NCBI GenBank assembly: GCA_965222375.1
Contig: CBDCTZ010000014.1
Coordinates: 320,001-384,000, forward strand
DNA from: Polyangiaceae bacterium
GTDB taxonomy: Bacteria > Myxococcota_A > Polyangia > Polyangiales > Polyangiaceae
DNA length: 64,000 nt
Reading direction: 5' to 3'
In this document: one piece after another, positions 27,071 through 37,654 of the stretch
How the letters are laid out: each line of letters begins with the position of its first letter
Position numbering within the stretch: position 1 is the first letter of the stretch
Position numbers and translations under genes: made by a program
The notes under the pieces: generated by a model
Seen by the model: only the letters and a program-made list of their open reading frames with translations
The model's database searches: none
Told to the model about the DNA's origin: nothing

Positions 27071-27886
27071 TCAGAAGCGAAACCCAAGGTTTGCGCGAGC
27101 GGATGCGCCCCGACTTTCTTCTAGCTGCGTCGAGGAAGCGATGTTGAGCCCAATGCCGCCGCCGATCAGCACCGCGCCCGCGGCGTAGGCGGGGATCAGG
27201 ATTGCGGGCTTGTCCAAATCACTTGGAGCCTTGGACCCGGAGACCAATACCGCCGTTGCCCCCACCACTGCCGTTATGCCGAGCCCAAGAGTCAGGCCCC
27301 CAAGCAGTCCGAGGCCCTCTTTGCCAGGGTTGACGCTTATCCTCCGCGGCTTCGGCCCCATTTGGAACCACATGGCGCCGTTGCTGATGTCCACGCCCTC
27401 CGCCTCGATTCGGTAGCGGCCCGGCGGCAGTTGAATGTGGAACGGCGTGCGCCCCACCCGTTTGAAATCCGACTCGAGCTGGTCGCCGGGCTGCACTCGG
27501 GCGATGTAGACTTGCACTTGTTCGCCCTGGCTGCGGAACTCCACGACCGCGCCGGGTCCGAAGGGCGTCAGTGACCTGACGAAGCCCACTCCTGCAGTGG
27601 GGGCGGCAGGTGCAGCTGTTGGGAGCCGCGGCGCCCCCGCCGTGCCTTGGGGCGCGCTCGGGGTGGGGGCCTGAGTGTCGGGTTGACTCGGTGGCTGGTT
27701 TGGAGCGGGTGCGGCAGACGGCTGTGCGCTTGCCGGTTCGGTTGGTGTCGGTTCCGGGCTCTGGGCGCGTGTCGCTGTGGTGACCAGAGCGAAGGTGGCG
27801 ATCAGCCCAAGCCGAGTAGCTTGTTCATGGACAGCTCGTCGGCCGGCGTGAACGGGTACTGATCGAATTCTGCGCTCGTCACCCAC
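27071..27886 (-). CDS. PEGA-like domain exported protein
   Basis: GRTPF..LPPGRYRIE PEGA motif, two Gly-rich hydrophobic helices, terminal GFRF; start uncertain. Confidence 0.65.
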   Translation of the reverse strand: MGDERRIRSVPVHAGRRAVHEQATRLGLIATFALVTTATRAQSPEPTPTEPASAQPSAAPAPNQPPSQPDTQAPTPSAPQGTAGAPRLPTAAPAAPTAGVGFVRSLTPFGPGAVVEFRSQGEQVQVYIARVQPGDQLESDFKRVGRTPFHIQLPPGRYRIEAEGVDISNGAMWFQMGPKPRRISVNPGKEGLGLLGGLTLGLGITAVVGATAVLVSGSKAPSDLDKPAILIPAYAAGAVLIGGGIGLNIASSTQLEESRGASARANLGFRF

Positions 27887-28200
27887 TTGAAGGAGTGTAC
27901 GTTCTGCTCCGACGGCTCGCCACCAGCCAGTTTGCACTCGTAGAGATAAAGATCGACCACGTAGTGCTCGTAGGGATGGCTAACGAAACTGATCAACTGC
28001 CCGGGGGTCACTTCCACGTCCAGACGGTGGCGCACTTCCCGGCGCAGCGCATCGGCGTCTGTCTCGCCGTCTTCTACTCGACCGCCGGGGAACTCCCAGA
28101 GAAGAGGCAGTACCGCCGATGGACGGCGCTGAGTGATCAGATATTTGCCGTCTCGATCGATGACTGCAGCTACGACGCGGATGGTTCGTGGTGAGCTCAT
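27802..28200 (-). CDS. MutT/NudG-like NUDIX protein with a degenerate Nudix box
   Basis: VVAAVI, YLITQR, LWEFPGGRVEDGE..ALRREVRHRL (EE replaced by HR), FTPAD. Confidence 0.88.
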   Translation of the reverse strand: MSSPRTIRVVAAVIDRDGKYLITQRRPSAVLPLLWEFPGGRVEDGETDADALRREVRHRLDVEVTPGQLISFVSHPYEHYVVDLYLYECKLAGGEPSEQNVHSFKWVTSAEFDQYPFTPADELSMNKLLGLG

Positions 28201-28224
28201 ACGAGCCCGCTCCCCTCAACAGGC

Positions 28225-29250
28225 TCAGAAGTCGACGCGAAACAGTTGCTGACCCATGAGCAAAACGTCGCCCTGGCTCAGATTACGTTGGGCCAGCAGC
28301 CGCACGAAGGTGCCGTTGGAGCTGCCAACATCCGTTAAATACATCTTGCCGTCTTCGGCGCGGTGCACCCGGCAATGAAGGCCAGAAACGTAGCCGTCCT
28401 CAGAAAAGAGGATGTCGCCCCGCTCGCGACCGCAGTGCACACCTCGCTCAGGGATCGGGAACGCGTTGCCCACCGTGTCGCGACCGATCACCAGCGCGAG
28501 TCGCCCGATGTAGCCCTTCGCGGGGCTGCCAAAGCGCTCTACGCCGTCTGGAGAAGCAGGCTGATTTTTCAGAGCCTCCAGTCGAATGATCTCTTGGCCG
28601 ATGCGAAACACCTCTTCGAATTCCAAGGGCTCGGGCTCGTTGGGCTTGAGCTTGATGTACACGCCATTCAGGGAGCTCTCGTCCTTGATGCTCAGCTGCC
28701 CGCCGCTGCGTACGAAGGTGGCATGCTTGGGGGACAAGTAGCTGTCGCCAGCGAAGATGGCGCCTGTGTCTCGGCCAACAGTGACCGTCGCCGCGTCCGG
28801 CAAGGTGTAGGCGCCCGCTTCCGAGCCATCCGCGCGTAGCGCGGTCAGGACGATCTTCGGGCCTGCACCAGCCACGGCAGCGGGAGCCGCCGGGGCGGCG
28901 GATGGAACAGAGCCGCTCTTCAGGGCAGCCAGGTTGTAGCCGCAGGAAGCGCAGAATCGGTTGGAGTCTGGGTTGTTGTGACCGCACTGAGGGCAGTCGA
29001 CGTTCGTGCCGCCCTTTGCTGCTGGTGCGGCCGAGGCCGGACGGGGTGCCGCGGACGGCGCCGCGGACGGTGCTGCGGCGGGAGCCGCAGCTGCAGCGGG
29101 AGCCGCTTCTGCTGCCGCAGGCACGCCGTGCGGCGGTGTTCCGGGGGCAAAGGGTTTGGGCGCGTTTTCGCGCGGCAGCTCAGCGCCGCATCCCAAACAA
29201 AACTTGTAGTGGTCCTGGTTTTCCTTGCTGCACTTCGCACACGTGATCAC
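28225..29250 (-). CDS. Double zinc-ribbon plus tandem FHA domain protein
   Basis: CAKC..FCLGCG, CPQC..FCASCG; two FHA domains (GR..S..H..NG). Confidence 0.88.
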   Translation of the reverse strand: MITCAKCSKENQDHYKFCLGCGAELPRENAPKPFAPGTPPHGVPAAAEAAPAAAAAPAAAPSAAPSAAPRPASAAPAAKGGTNVDCPQCGHNNPDSNRFCASCGYNLAALKSGSVPSAAPAAPAAVAGAGPKIVLTALRADGSEAGAYTLPDAATVTVGRDTGAIFAGDSYLSPKHATFVRSGGQLSIKDESSLNGVYIKLKPNEPEPLEFEEVFRIGQEIIRLEALKNQPASPDGVERFGSPAKGYIGRLALVIGRDTVGNAFPIPERGVHCGRERGDILFSEDGYVSGLHCRVHRAEDGKMYLTDVGSSNGTFVRLLAQRNLSQGDVLLMGQQLFRVDF

Positions 29251-29396
29251 GCTGGGCCTCCCAGGTGCATCGCACTGACGCTATGTTTCCGGATAAGCGC
29301 GCGATTATCCACGCCCACCTCTCGCGGTCAAGGATAGCGGAAAGTAAAGGCTTCAGGGCAAAGAACTCTCCCTGCGAAACCGCGTTTTGTCGGGCT

Positions 29397-29990
29397 TTAG
29401 GGGGTCAGGTGCGCGAGAGCTTCGCGTAGCAGGTCCACCATCGGTTCAGAGCCAACCCGGTCCCCCAAGGCCGCGACGGCGCGCTCGGCTTCCTGCGCGC
29501 GGTAACCCATGTTGGTGAGCGCAGAAAGGAGTCGCTCCGTGTCGTTGCTGACGCTGGGCGCAGCAGCGCTTCCCGTGGAGACTTCCCCCTCGATTTTCCC
29601 TTTGAGCTCGAGTACCAGCCGTTCCGCTGTCTTCTTCCCGATACCGGGCACGCCGGTGAGCCGGGCAACGTCGCCCTGGGCAACGGCGCGGCGCAAGTCA
29701 TCGACGGAAATTGCGCTCAACGTCCCGACGGCGGTCTTGGGCCCGATGTTTGGGACCGCAATCAGCAGGCGAAACAGGCGCCGCTCGACTTCTGTTGCGA
29801 AGCCGAACAGCTCCAAGGCGTCCTCCCGTACGTGCGTGTGAACGTGGAGAGTGACGCTATCCGACGTGGCAGCCGCGCGCGCTCTCGTGCCCACCGGCGT
29901 CAGGAGCTCGAACCCGACTCCGTGCACGTCCACCAGCAGTAGCCCAGTGGCCTCTTCGGACACGACCTTCCCTGAGATACGACCGATCAT
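29397..29990 (-). CDS. ruvA: Holliday junction branch migration protein RuvA
   Basis: MIGRISG, VREDALELFGF, NIGPKTA, VPGIGKKTAERLVLELK, ALTNMGY. Confidence 0.97.
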   Translation of the reverse strand: MIGRISGKVVSEEATGLLLVDVHGVGFELLTPVGTRARAAATSDSVTLHVHTHVREDALELFGFATEVERRLFRLLIAVPNIGPKTAVGTLSAISVDDLRRAVAQGDVARLTGVPGIGKKTAERLVLELKGKIEGEVSTGSAAAPSVSNDTERLLSALTNMGYRAQEAERAVAALGDRVGSEPMVDLLREALAHLTP

Positions 29991-30005
29991 AGGTGCTGGT
30001 CTTCC

Positions 30006-30587
30006 TCAATTGTTCTTTGCGCCTTGGGCGATCCAGCGCCGGATCACGTCACGCTCGTCCTGGCACAGCGCATCAGAGCTCTGAGGCATGGGGTCGCCAC
30101 AGACACCACTGGTTTTCGCGCCGTCCTGCACGCTGCAGCTGAGCCCGAGGTCGTTGTGGCAACCATCGACTTTATGCACCAGAAAGCTCTGCTCCGGATT
30201 GCCCAGGGTCACGATGGGCATGGCACTGGCCGTTTTGCTCGCTACGCCGGTGACGCTGTCGATGATTCCCTGGCGCTGCGCACTGTCCGGGGCGCCTTGG
30301 GTGCAAGTCGGATCGTCGCTGGCGGGTGGGCACTTGGGGCCCAAATAGAGTTCTGCAGCCGCGCCACTCTGCTTGCCGTGGCACACCGAGAAGCCGCAGG
30401 CTCGTCTAAAAAGCGGCATCACGTCCGTTTCAAAGGAGACCACCGGGGTCGTCGCATCAAAGGACGCGTAGTCGAAGGGGCAGCTCCTCTTGCCGCAGGT
30501 ATCAGCGGGCTCGGGGTTCTCGTCCGACCCACAAGCCATGCTCACGGCCAGGGCCACGAGCACCGAGCCAAGACGGGCGCTTGCCAT
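30006..30587 (-). CDS. Lipoprotein with planctomycete-type cytochrome c-like domain
   Basis: Lipobox MAC; VSFETDVMPLF..CGFSVCH; GNPEQS.L; MP; IRRWIAQGA. Confidence 0.7.
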   Translation of the reverse strand: MASARLGSVLVALAVSMACGSDENPEPADTCGKRSCPFDYASFDATTPVVSFETDVMPLFRRACGFSVCHGKQSGAAAELYLGPKCPPASDDPTCTQGAPDSAQRQGIIDSVTGVASKTASAMPIVTLGNPEQSFLVHKVDGCHNDLGLSCSVQDGAKTSGVCGDPMPQSSDALCQDERDVIRRWIAQGAKNN

Positions 30588-30696
30588 GCGCCAACCCTAG
30601 TCAAGATCCGGCGGCGCGCACTGACAATCGCGCGCACCGCCCGCGATGGCCGCAGCGGCTTGCTCGGGCTCGCCCCTGCATGGTAGCGCTGTGCCC

Positions 30697-30960
30697 GTGA
30701 GCAAGATCCTCCTGCTGATTGGGATTGTGCTGGCCGGCTGCGGTGGCTCGGCAAGCGAGACACCATTTCCACTGGAGCCTGATCGCGCTGCCCTGCGCGC
30801 GCCTGTCGCAAGTTCTGCGCCTGCGTCCTCTGCCGCCCCTTTCGACCCGGCAGACGTGGATGATGACAGCATCATCGAGCAAGAAGGCCCTGCTGCGACG
30901 ACTTGGGGCGGCAAGCCCACGCGGCGCAAAGCGCCCGTCGTGCCGAAGCTCAAAGAGTGA
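30697..30960 (+). CDS. Small lipoprotein
   Basis: GTG start, KILLLIGIVLAGC lipobox, GGSASETPFPLEP. Confidence 0.6.
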   Translation: MSKILLLIGIVLAGCGGSASETPFPLEPDRAALRAPVASSAPASSAAPFDPADVDDDSIIEQEGPAATTWGGKPTRRKAPVVPKLKE

Positions 30961-30975
30961 CTGGCCCGTGGCAGG

Positions 30976-31845
30976 TTAGAACGAGCCGCTGAAGCTCAGC
31001 CCAGCGTAGCCCGGAGCCCATGCGGGGCTGACTCGTGCAGCACGCTTCTTGGGGACCCGCGCCGCTGCCGGTTCCGGTTCCGAGAGGAAGTACCAGGCTA
31101 GACCACCTGCAGCGATAGCCACGCCAGCGACGGTGATGACTCCCGCCGTGTCTGCGCGTTTGACCGCGTCGTTGCCCTTTTCCTCGACCCCCGGAGCGCA
31201 GTTTTTTCTATCCGGGCACGCATCCTCGGCGTCTTTCTCGTCGGACTTCGCGCCGAGATACAGCGCGGTCCCCACGATGGCGATCACGCCGCCGCCACCC
31301 GCAACGAATAGCGGCACCAGTGGGCGACTTCCACCCGTCGTCGTATCCGGCGTCGGACCCGTGCCGCTAGTGCCACCGGCACCAGCCCCGCCGGTACCTT
31401 CCGCAGGACCCGTGCCGCCGACGGGCGTCGCTGGGCCATCGGCCGCAATTTTCTCGTTCAGCACTTCGATTCGGCGGGCAATTTGGTCGCGCTGCGGCGT
31501 GCTGGGATTTCGCGCGAGGAAGGTCTCCAGCGAATTGACCGCCATGCGCTTCTGATCGTTGAGCTCATAAGCGCGAGCGAGATTGAGCAGTAGGGCATGG
31601 GCCGTGCAGTCGCGGCGGTAGGCGTCTTCCCAGTAGGTGATGGCTCGGTTGTAGTCGGCTTCGTTGAAGGACGCCTGGCCAGCTTGGAAGGCACCCTTCG
31701 CAGCTGCGACGTCGCCTTCAGTGGGCTGAGTAGTGCACTCCACGTAGGGTTTGGGAGCATCTTCAGCAGCACCCGCGGGTACGGCTGCAAGCAGCGTCAG
31801 GCTGCAGGCGAGTTTTGCGATACGAAGGCGCATGAGTGGAGCCAC
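30976..31845 (-). CDS. Exported TPR protein with hydrophobic hairpin and terminal beta-strand
   Basis: Signal peptide, F..G...F...DY..AI..W..AY, LLNLARAYE, ends GLSFSGSF. Confidence 0.78.
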   Translation of the reverse strand: MAPLMRLRIAKLACSLTLLAAVPAGAAEDAPKPYVECTTQPTEGDVAAAKGAFQAGQASFNEADYNRAITYWEDAYRRDCTAHALLLNLARAYELNDQKRMAVNSLETFLARNPSTPQRDQIARRIEVLNEKIAADGPATPVGGTGPAEGTGGAGAGGTSGTGPTPDTTTGGSRPLVPLFVAGGGGVIAIVGTALYLGAKSDEKDAEDACPDRKNCAPGVEEKGNDAVKRADTAGVITVAGVAIAAGGLAWYFLSEPEPAAARVPKKRAARVSPAWAPGYAGLSFSGSF

Positions 31846-31987
31846 CTGTGGGAACGAAGCAATGCTGCCGGTAGCATAGCGCGGTCCGGCCTACTGGCGG
31901 CAACCAAATCGCAACCGAAGCCTCACGAATTTTCGGGTTTTTCCCCGGGATTGGGCTGCATACATCGCGACACGTCGCGCGACCCTT

Positions 31988-33658
31988 GTGGCGACGGTGC
32001 TTTCGGAGTCTGCTCTCACTGTGAGCGTGCGCCTTGCCAGACTGCTGTCGGGGCTGACCTTCGGGGTCCTGTTGCTGCTGCCCTTTGCTTTGCCGGCGCA
32101 GTCCGGCGCTCCGCTTCAGTCGCAGACTCTCAAGGCCATCCGCGCCCAGATGGAAAAGGGACAGGCTCTGTTCCTGGCGAAAGACTACGAGGGAGCCTCG
32201 AAAATCTTCGAGCAGGGCTATTCGCAGCATCCGTATCCGGCATTCTTGTTCAACGCGGGCGTGTGTCACGAGCGCCTGGGTCGCTACGGTCTGGCGGCGG
32301 ACAAGCTGGAGGAGTACCTGCGAGTCGACCCCAACGCGCCGGATGCCGCGAACGTGCGCCAGCGCATTGCCAAGCTCCGTGCTGCGACGCCGCCCGCTGT
32401 GCCGACTGCCGACGCGGGTACAGACGCTGATGCAGAACCCAGGGATGCCGGCGCTGACGGCGCGGAGGCATCAGTGCCCCCTCCCATCGTGGCTCCGCCG
32501 ACCCCAGCGGATACGAAGTCGCTCATCATCATCGAGACCGAGCCGTCCGGTGCCCCGATCCGCTTGTTCCGCAAGGTGTCGCCGAGCGCCGCGAAGTTTC
32601 GACCCGGGGCGCCGACTCCGGGTTGGAAAGAAGTCCTGTCCCAGCCCGCGCCCGCCAGCGCCAGCCTGGATGAGGGTGAGTTCCACCTGGTCATCGAGAA
32701 GTTTCGCGACTTCAACGCGACGGACACGGAAGTGCGCATCGAGTCCGGCCGTGTTTTTCACTTCCGCGCCAACCTGTCTCAAGGGAAATTCATGGGATTC
32801 CTGCGGGTAAGGGCCAACGTCGAAGGGGCTAAAATCTTCGTAGATGACCCGAAGCGAAAGCGGCCCCCTTGGGGTCGCACCCCGTCGTCGGAGTTGGTCT
32901 CTCGGGGCGAGCACAGCCTGCTCGTGGTGAAGCCCGGCTACGAGCCTCTGTCGAAGAAGATCGTCGTTGCCCAAGCGCAGCAGGTCGAAGTCGAAGTCCA
33001 GCTGGTACGCGAGAAGTTTGGAACCCTGCGCATCGACGCGAATACGGCCGAGGCTCGAGTCGAAGTCGAAGGGCGGCCCATCGGCATTTGGCGCGCAGGG
33101 CAGGCGCCGCTGGAGCATCGGCTTCGAGCGGGTCGCCGGCAGCTCGTCATTCGTGCTGATGGTCACAAGACCTTCGAGGGCAAGGTCGATGTGCCCCGGG
33201 GCCAGGTTCTGCCGGTGCATGCGGAGTTGATTCCCACGCCTTCGCGCGGTGCGGCTTGGACTCAGGCGATCGTGGGTGGAGTGTTCTTGGGCGCCGGGAC
33301 CTTCCTGGGCCTTCAGTCCAACTCCTTGCACGATGAGTTGGAGGCCGATCGCCAGGCCGGGACCTTGGAGCGCGAGGACGAACGAATCAACCGGGGGCGG
33401 CTCTTTGCGATTGGTGCAAACGTTGGCTTTGCCATTGGGGGCGTGTTGGCGGGGCTCGCAACCTACAACTTCATCAAGGATCCCTTGCCGGAGTCCGGGG
33501 TGACCATCGATCCGGCGCAGGAACCCCCGGAGCCCGGTGCGGCCAAACCAGCCTTGGGTCCCCGGCGGCCCCGACCCGCCGCTCGACGCGCGCCGCCCAG
33601 GCCCCAACCGTCCATCCGTGTCGAGTTTGGGCTATTGGGGATCGGGGGACGCTTCTGA
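31988..33658 (+). CDS. TPR plus multi-PEGA domain protein
   Basis: N-terminal TPR (FLFNAGVCHERLG), ETEPSGA, GRTP..G.H.L.V.KPGY; ends GIGGRF. Confidence 0.85.
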   Translation: MATVLSESALTVSVRLARLLSGLTFGVLLLLPFALPAQSGAPLQSQTLKAIRAQMEKGQALFLAKDYEGASKIFEQGYSQHPYPAFLFNAGVCHERLGRYGLAADKLEEYLRVDPNAPDAANVRQRIAKLRAATPPAVPTADAGTDADAEPRDAGADGAEASVPPPIVAPPTPADTKSLIIIETEPSGAPIRLFRKVSPSAAKFRPGAPTPGWKEVLSQPAPASASLDEGEFHLVIEKFRDFNATDTEVRIESGRVFHFRANLSQGKFMGFLRVRANVEGAKIFVDDPKRKRPPWGRTPSSELVSRGEHSLLVVKPGYEPLSKKIVVAQAQQVEVEVQLVREKFGTLRIDANTAEARVEVEGRPIGIWRAGQAPLEHRLRAGRRQLVIRADGHKTFEGKVDVPRGQVLPVHAELIPTPSRGAAWTQAIVGGVFLGAGTFLGLQSNSLHDELEADRQAGTLEREDERINRGRLFAIGANVGFAIGGVLAGLATYNFIKDPLPESGVTIDPAQEPPEPGAAKPALGPRRPRPAARRAPPRPQPSIRVEFGLLGIGGRF

Positions 33659-34980
33659 TGCGACGTTGGCTACTATTCGCCGCCGCCGCTGGAGCGCTCT
33701 CGTGCTCTTGGACGCGGTTTGACGACTTGGAAGAGAACGCTTCGGTTCTCGTACTCAAACAACCCTCGGGCATGCCCGGTTTCGGCTCATCCCTGGCGTC
33801 CGCAGCAGACGGCAATCGCGTTTTGGTGATGGTCGGTGGGGGGGCGAAGGCTGGGAACGGGGCAGCGGTCTTCGAGCTAGGCCAGGGTCAAGACCCAAAC
33901 CTAGACGCCTTTGACATTGGCCAGTGCAACACCAATGACTGCGTGTTGGCTCGCACCATTGCTGCGTTGCCCTTGGCGCAATCCCCATCCGGGATGGCGA
34001 AGTCCGCCTGCTGGGTGAGCGGCTTCCAAAAAATGCCCGGTGCGGATCCTGCCCTATCCGTGGCCTGTACCGAGACCGGGAAGCAGCGTTTCGTCTACAC
34101 TCTGCCTCTGCCGGTGGCCGCCGACGCCGACATGGACGAGCTGACCCTGGCAGGAGAGTCCCTCCCGCCTGTGGGCGCCCAGCCCATAGCGACGGCATTG
34201 ATGGCTGGCTTTCCGTCCCTCACCAGCACCGGCGGAGGTGCCGCGGTGGCCTTCGCGCCGGCGTCCGCAGCGCCCATTGCCCTGGTGCTGGCAGCACTGC
34301 CGGCGAGTTTCGGAGCCGCCGTGGCGGTGATGCGCCAGGGCTCGACTCGGCGCTTTGTCGTGGGCGCGCCGGAGGCTGCCCAGCTCTTCGTTTTCGATGA
34401 AACAGGCCAGGAGCTCGGCTGCCTGTCTGGTCCCGCGCGCTTCGCCCGAACTCTCGCCGCCGGAGATGTCGACGGCAATGGCGACGATGATTTGGTGGTA
34501 GCGACCGAAACGGAAGTATTGGTCGTACGAGGAGCGGCGGTCACCTCCCTAAACCAGCCGGGCAGCTGCTCGAGCGTCGCTGCCAGCGACACCTTGGCGA
34601 CCCTGCGTTGCCGGCGCACATCAGATGTCGATGGCTGCCCCGGCGGCTTTGGCGATGCGCTGGCGGTAGGGGATATCGACGGCAACGGTGACGGGGAAGT
34701 GGCTGTAGGTGCGCCGGGCGCGAGTGTCCGGGGAGAAGGCTCCGCCGGCGCCGTATTCGTGTACGACGTCAACCTCAACGCCAAGAATCCGGAGTTCGTG
34801 ACGGAAGAACGCTACATCGCTTCCGCGGGAAGCGGCGACCGCTTGGGGTCCGCTATCACCTTCGCGCCTCAGAAGGGACGTCACATCCTGGTGGCGGGTG
34901 CGCCGGCGGGAGGCAAGGCAGCGGTCTTTTACTGCTCCCGCCTGCTTCCTGCCTCGAAGCGTGGGAAGCGCTGCGAGTAG
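33658..34980 (+). CDS. FG-GAP/integrin-alpha repeat lipoprotein
   Basis: Lipobox [37 protein letters not shown]. Confidence 0.85.
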   Translation: MRRWLLFAAAAGALSCSWTRFDDLEENASVLVLKQPSGMPGFGSSLASAADGNRVLVMVGGGAKAGNGAAVFELGQGQDPNLDAFDIGQCNTNDCVLARTIAALPLAQSPSGMAKSACWVSGFQKMPGADPALSVACTETGKQRFVYTLPLPVAADADMDELTLAGESLPPVGAQPIATALMAGFPSLTSTGGGAAVAFAPASAAPIALVLAALPASFGAAVAVMRQGSTRRFVVGAPEAAQLFVFDETGQELGCLSGPARFARTLAAGDVDGNGDDDLVVATETEVLVVRGAAVTSLNQPGSCSSVAASDTLATLRCRRTSDVDGCPGGFGDALAVGDIDGNGDGEVAVGAPGASVRGEGSAGAVFVYDVNLNAKNPEFVTEERYIASAGSGDRLGSAITFAPQKGRHILVAGAPAGGKAAVFYCSRLLPASKRGKRCE

Positions 34981-34985
34981 ACGCC

Positions 34986-36416
34986 ATGCTGCCTGAACGC
35001 AAACAAGTCCTGGTCGTTGACGACGAACCGAATCTACGGCGGGTCCTGTCCGCGCAGTTGGAGCGGGACGGCTACGAAGTCCATACCGCAGAGGATGGGG
35101 AGTTGGCCCTTGGGGTGCTCAAGGATCACCACATCGATCTCGTCATCACGGATCTGCGCATGCCCAAAATGGACGGCATGGAGCTGCTTCGCCGCGCCTT
35201 GGAGCTCGATGAGTCGCTTCCGGTCGTGATGATCACTGCCCACGGCACTGTCGACAACGCCGTCGAGGCGCTCAAGACCGGCGCCTTCGACTACATCACG
35301 AAGCCCTTCGATCAAGCCGAGGTTCGCGGCATCGTTCGCAAAGCGCTGCGGACTCGGGACTTGTCGGAAACTGAAGCGACCCGCAGCCCCGCCGCTAGCG
35401 TGCCCGCAGACGCCAGGTTCGGCATCATTGGCAAGAGCCAGGCCATACTCGACATCTACGATGTGATCAGCAGAGTCGCGGCCACGCCCACGACTGTGTT
35501 GATCAGTGGAGAGAGCGGAACCGGCAAGGAGTTGGTTGCCCGCGCCCTGCACGAGAACTCGACACGCAAAGACAAGCCGTTCATCAAGGTCAACTGCGCG
35601 GCGATCCCTCGCGATCTGATGGAGAGCGAACTGTTCGGATACGAGCGTGGGGCGTTCACGGGGGCCGTCTCGTCCAAACCCGGCCGCTTCGAACTGGCTA
35701 GCGGCGGCACGTTGTTCTTGGACGAAATCGGAAGCATCCCAGTGGAAATGCAGGTGAAGCTGCTACGCGCGCTACAGGAGAGCGAGTTCGAGCGCGTGGG
35801 TGGGGTCAAAACATTGCGGGTGGACGTCCGGCTCGTGGCGGCCACGAACTCGGACCTGAAGCGAGAGATTGCCGCCGGCACCTTTCGTGAGGACTTGTTC
35901 TACCGCTTGAATGTCGTTCCGATTCGTCTGCCGTCTTTGCGCGAGCGAGCCGGGGATATCCAGCTATTGGTCAAGCACTTCGTCGAGAAGTTCAATCTAC
36001 GTCTCAACAAGAAGGTTCAGAGCGTCTCCGCTGAGGTGTCCGAGCTGCTTCGGCGACACGCCTGGCCGGGGAACATTCGCGAGCTCGAGAACGTCGTCGA
36101 GCGTGCGGTCTTGTTCTGCGACGGTGACGTCATTTCCGTCGACGACCTACCAGCGGACGTTCGCCAGGCCGATGGGGCGCGCCCCGCACTCGAACCCGGG
36201 GAACTCGTTGGCGACCCCGGAGTAGAAGGCGACGGTCTGAAAGAACGGGTCAAAGCGGCAATGAGCCGCCTCGAGCGCACATTGATCATCAAGGCTCTCG
36301 ATCAAACGGGCGGCAACGTGACGCATGCCGCACGTATCCTGAAGATCTCTCGCAAAGGACTTCAGCTGAAGATGAAGGAGCTGGGCCTGCGCGAGCGGGA
36401 CGAGAAGCCGGAGTGA
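34986..36416 (+). CDS. NtrC/AtoC-type sigma54-dependent response regulator
   Basis: REC (VVDDE, TDLRMP, TAHG, KPF), [31 protein letters not shown], Fis HTH. Confidence 0.96.
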   Translation: MLPERKQVLVVDDEPNLRRVLSAQLERDGYEVHTAEDGELALGVLKDHHIDLVITDLRMPKMDGMELLRRALELDESLPVVMITAHGTVDNAVEALKTGAFDYITKPFDQAEVRGIVRKALRTRDLSETEATRSPAASVPADARFGIIGKSQAILDIYDVISRVAATPTTVLISGESGTGKELVARALHENSTRKDKPFIKVNCAAIPRDLMESELFGYERGAFTGAVSSKPGRFELASGGTLFLDEIGSIPVEMQVKLLRALQESEFERVGGVKTLRVDVRLVAATNSDLKREIAAGTFREDLFYRLNVVPIRLPSLRERAGDIQLLVKHFVEKFNLRLNKKVQSVSAEVSELLRRHAWPGNIRELENVVERAVLFCDGDVISVDDLPADVRQADGARPALEPGELVGDPGVEGDGLKERVKAAMSRLERTLIIKALDQTGGNVTHAARILKISRKGLQLKMKELGLRERDEKPE

Positions 36417-37627
36417 CGTTGCTTCACCGCGGCAAGCTTCGACGCTGCGCCGGGGTGCTCGCTCTGGCTGCCCTGCTGGGGGCCTGCCGTGACAAGACAC
36501 CCAGCTCGAAGGGCACGCCGAGCGCTTCCGCCATCGCTAGCTTGGTTCCCGTAGGTGTGCCGGGTTCGGCGCCGGAACAGAAGAAGGGCATGGTGTACGT
36601 GCCAAAGGGGGCTCTCGTTGCGGGCACCCCACCCAACGTTCTGCCCCGCATCGCCGATGAAGAAATGGCGGGTGAGCAGGTCATCCTCAAGCCCTTCTAC
36701 ATCGACGTTTTCCCTTTCCCCAATGAAGAGGGCGCTATCCCTCGCACCAACGTGACCCGGGATGAAGCCGAGGGCCTGTGTGCTGAAAAGGGCAAACGCT
36801 TGTGCACCGAGTTGGAATGGGAGCGTGCCTGCAAGGGGCCGAAGAACCAGCTCTACGAGTATGGCAAGAGCTATCGTCCAGATCGCTGTGGCACGGGCAA
36901 GCCGGCTGGGTTGCGGCCTTGCGGTCTGTTTGTTGGATGCAAGAGCGACTTTGGCGCGTCCGACATGCATGGCGGCATCTGGGAATGGACCGCGAGCAAC
37001 TGGGGGCGGGGGATCAAACAAGAGCTGGCTACGTTGCGTGGAGGCAACGCCGCGGCGGGGGAACTCGTTGGTCGCTGCGCCAACGCCATGGGTCGTCCAG
37101 CGACGACCCGCAGCAACACCATCGGCTTTCGCTGTTGTGCGGGCAAGAAGAACGAAGCCGAGGTCGTGCTGCACGTCGTGCGTGGCAAGGCCCTGGAGCT
37201 GAGGGGCCGCTACGACCACAAGCTCGCGGCCAAAGCGCTGCTGAAGCTACCCCCAGACGCGAGAAAGGACGTCGGAGAAAAGAAGCTGAAGATCGAGCGG
37301 GTCTGGGTGTGGCGTCCCATAGGTAACGAGGAACTGCTGCTGCTTGGGGGCTGCACAGGAATCGGCAAGAAGCCTGCCTGCGGAATTCTCGTCACTCGGG
37401 TCCTGTTGGATGAACCTCACGTGGTGGGTTGGGCATCGAGTGGGCATTGGGCGCCGACCCTGCATGGGGACTACGACGCCCGAGATGTCTGGCTCTTCGG
37501 CGGCGATGACCTCGGCAGTTTTCGTCGCGTCGTGGCCTACCTCTGGGGCCGCATCAGCGTCGGACCCAAGGAGCGCCGAGTACCGCGGCCCAAGAAGAAG
37601 AAAAAAAAGAAGAGGAAGAAGCGCTGA
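36413..37627 (+). CDS. FGE-sulfatase (SUMF1/EgtB/PvdO) domain lipoprotein
   Basis: Lipobox [35 protein letters not shown]; poly-Lys tail. Confidence 0.88.
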   Translation: MTLLHRGKLRRCAGVLALAALLGACRDKTPSSKGTPSASAIASLVPVGVPGSAPEQKKGMVYVPKGALVAGTPPNVLPRIADEEMAGEQVILKPFYIDVFPFPNEEGAIPRTNVTRDEAEGLCAEKGKRLCTELEWERACKGPKNQLYEYGKSYRPDRCGTGKPAGLRPCGLFVGCKSDFGASDMHGGIWEWTASNWGRGIKQELATLRGGNAAAGELVGRCANAMGRPATTRSNTIGFRCCAGKKNEAEVVLHVVRGKALELRGRYDHKLAAKALLKLPPDARKDVGEKKLKIERVWVWRPIGNEELLLLGGCTGIGKKPACGILVTRVLLDEPHVVGWASSGHWAPTLHGDYDARDVWLFGGDDLGSFRRVVAYLWGRISVGPKERRVPRPKKKKKKKRKKR

Positions 37628-37654
37628 GCCCGCGACGCCCTAGCGGCGGAAACC

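Noticed and set aside
29304..29312. DnaA-box-like TTATCCACG
   Set aside because: Single imperfect copy with no oriC context.
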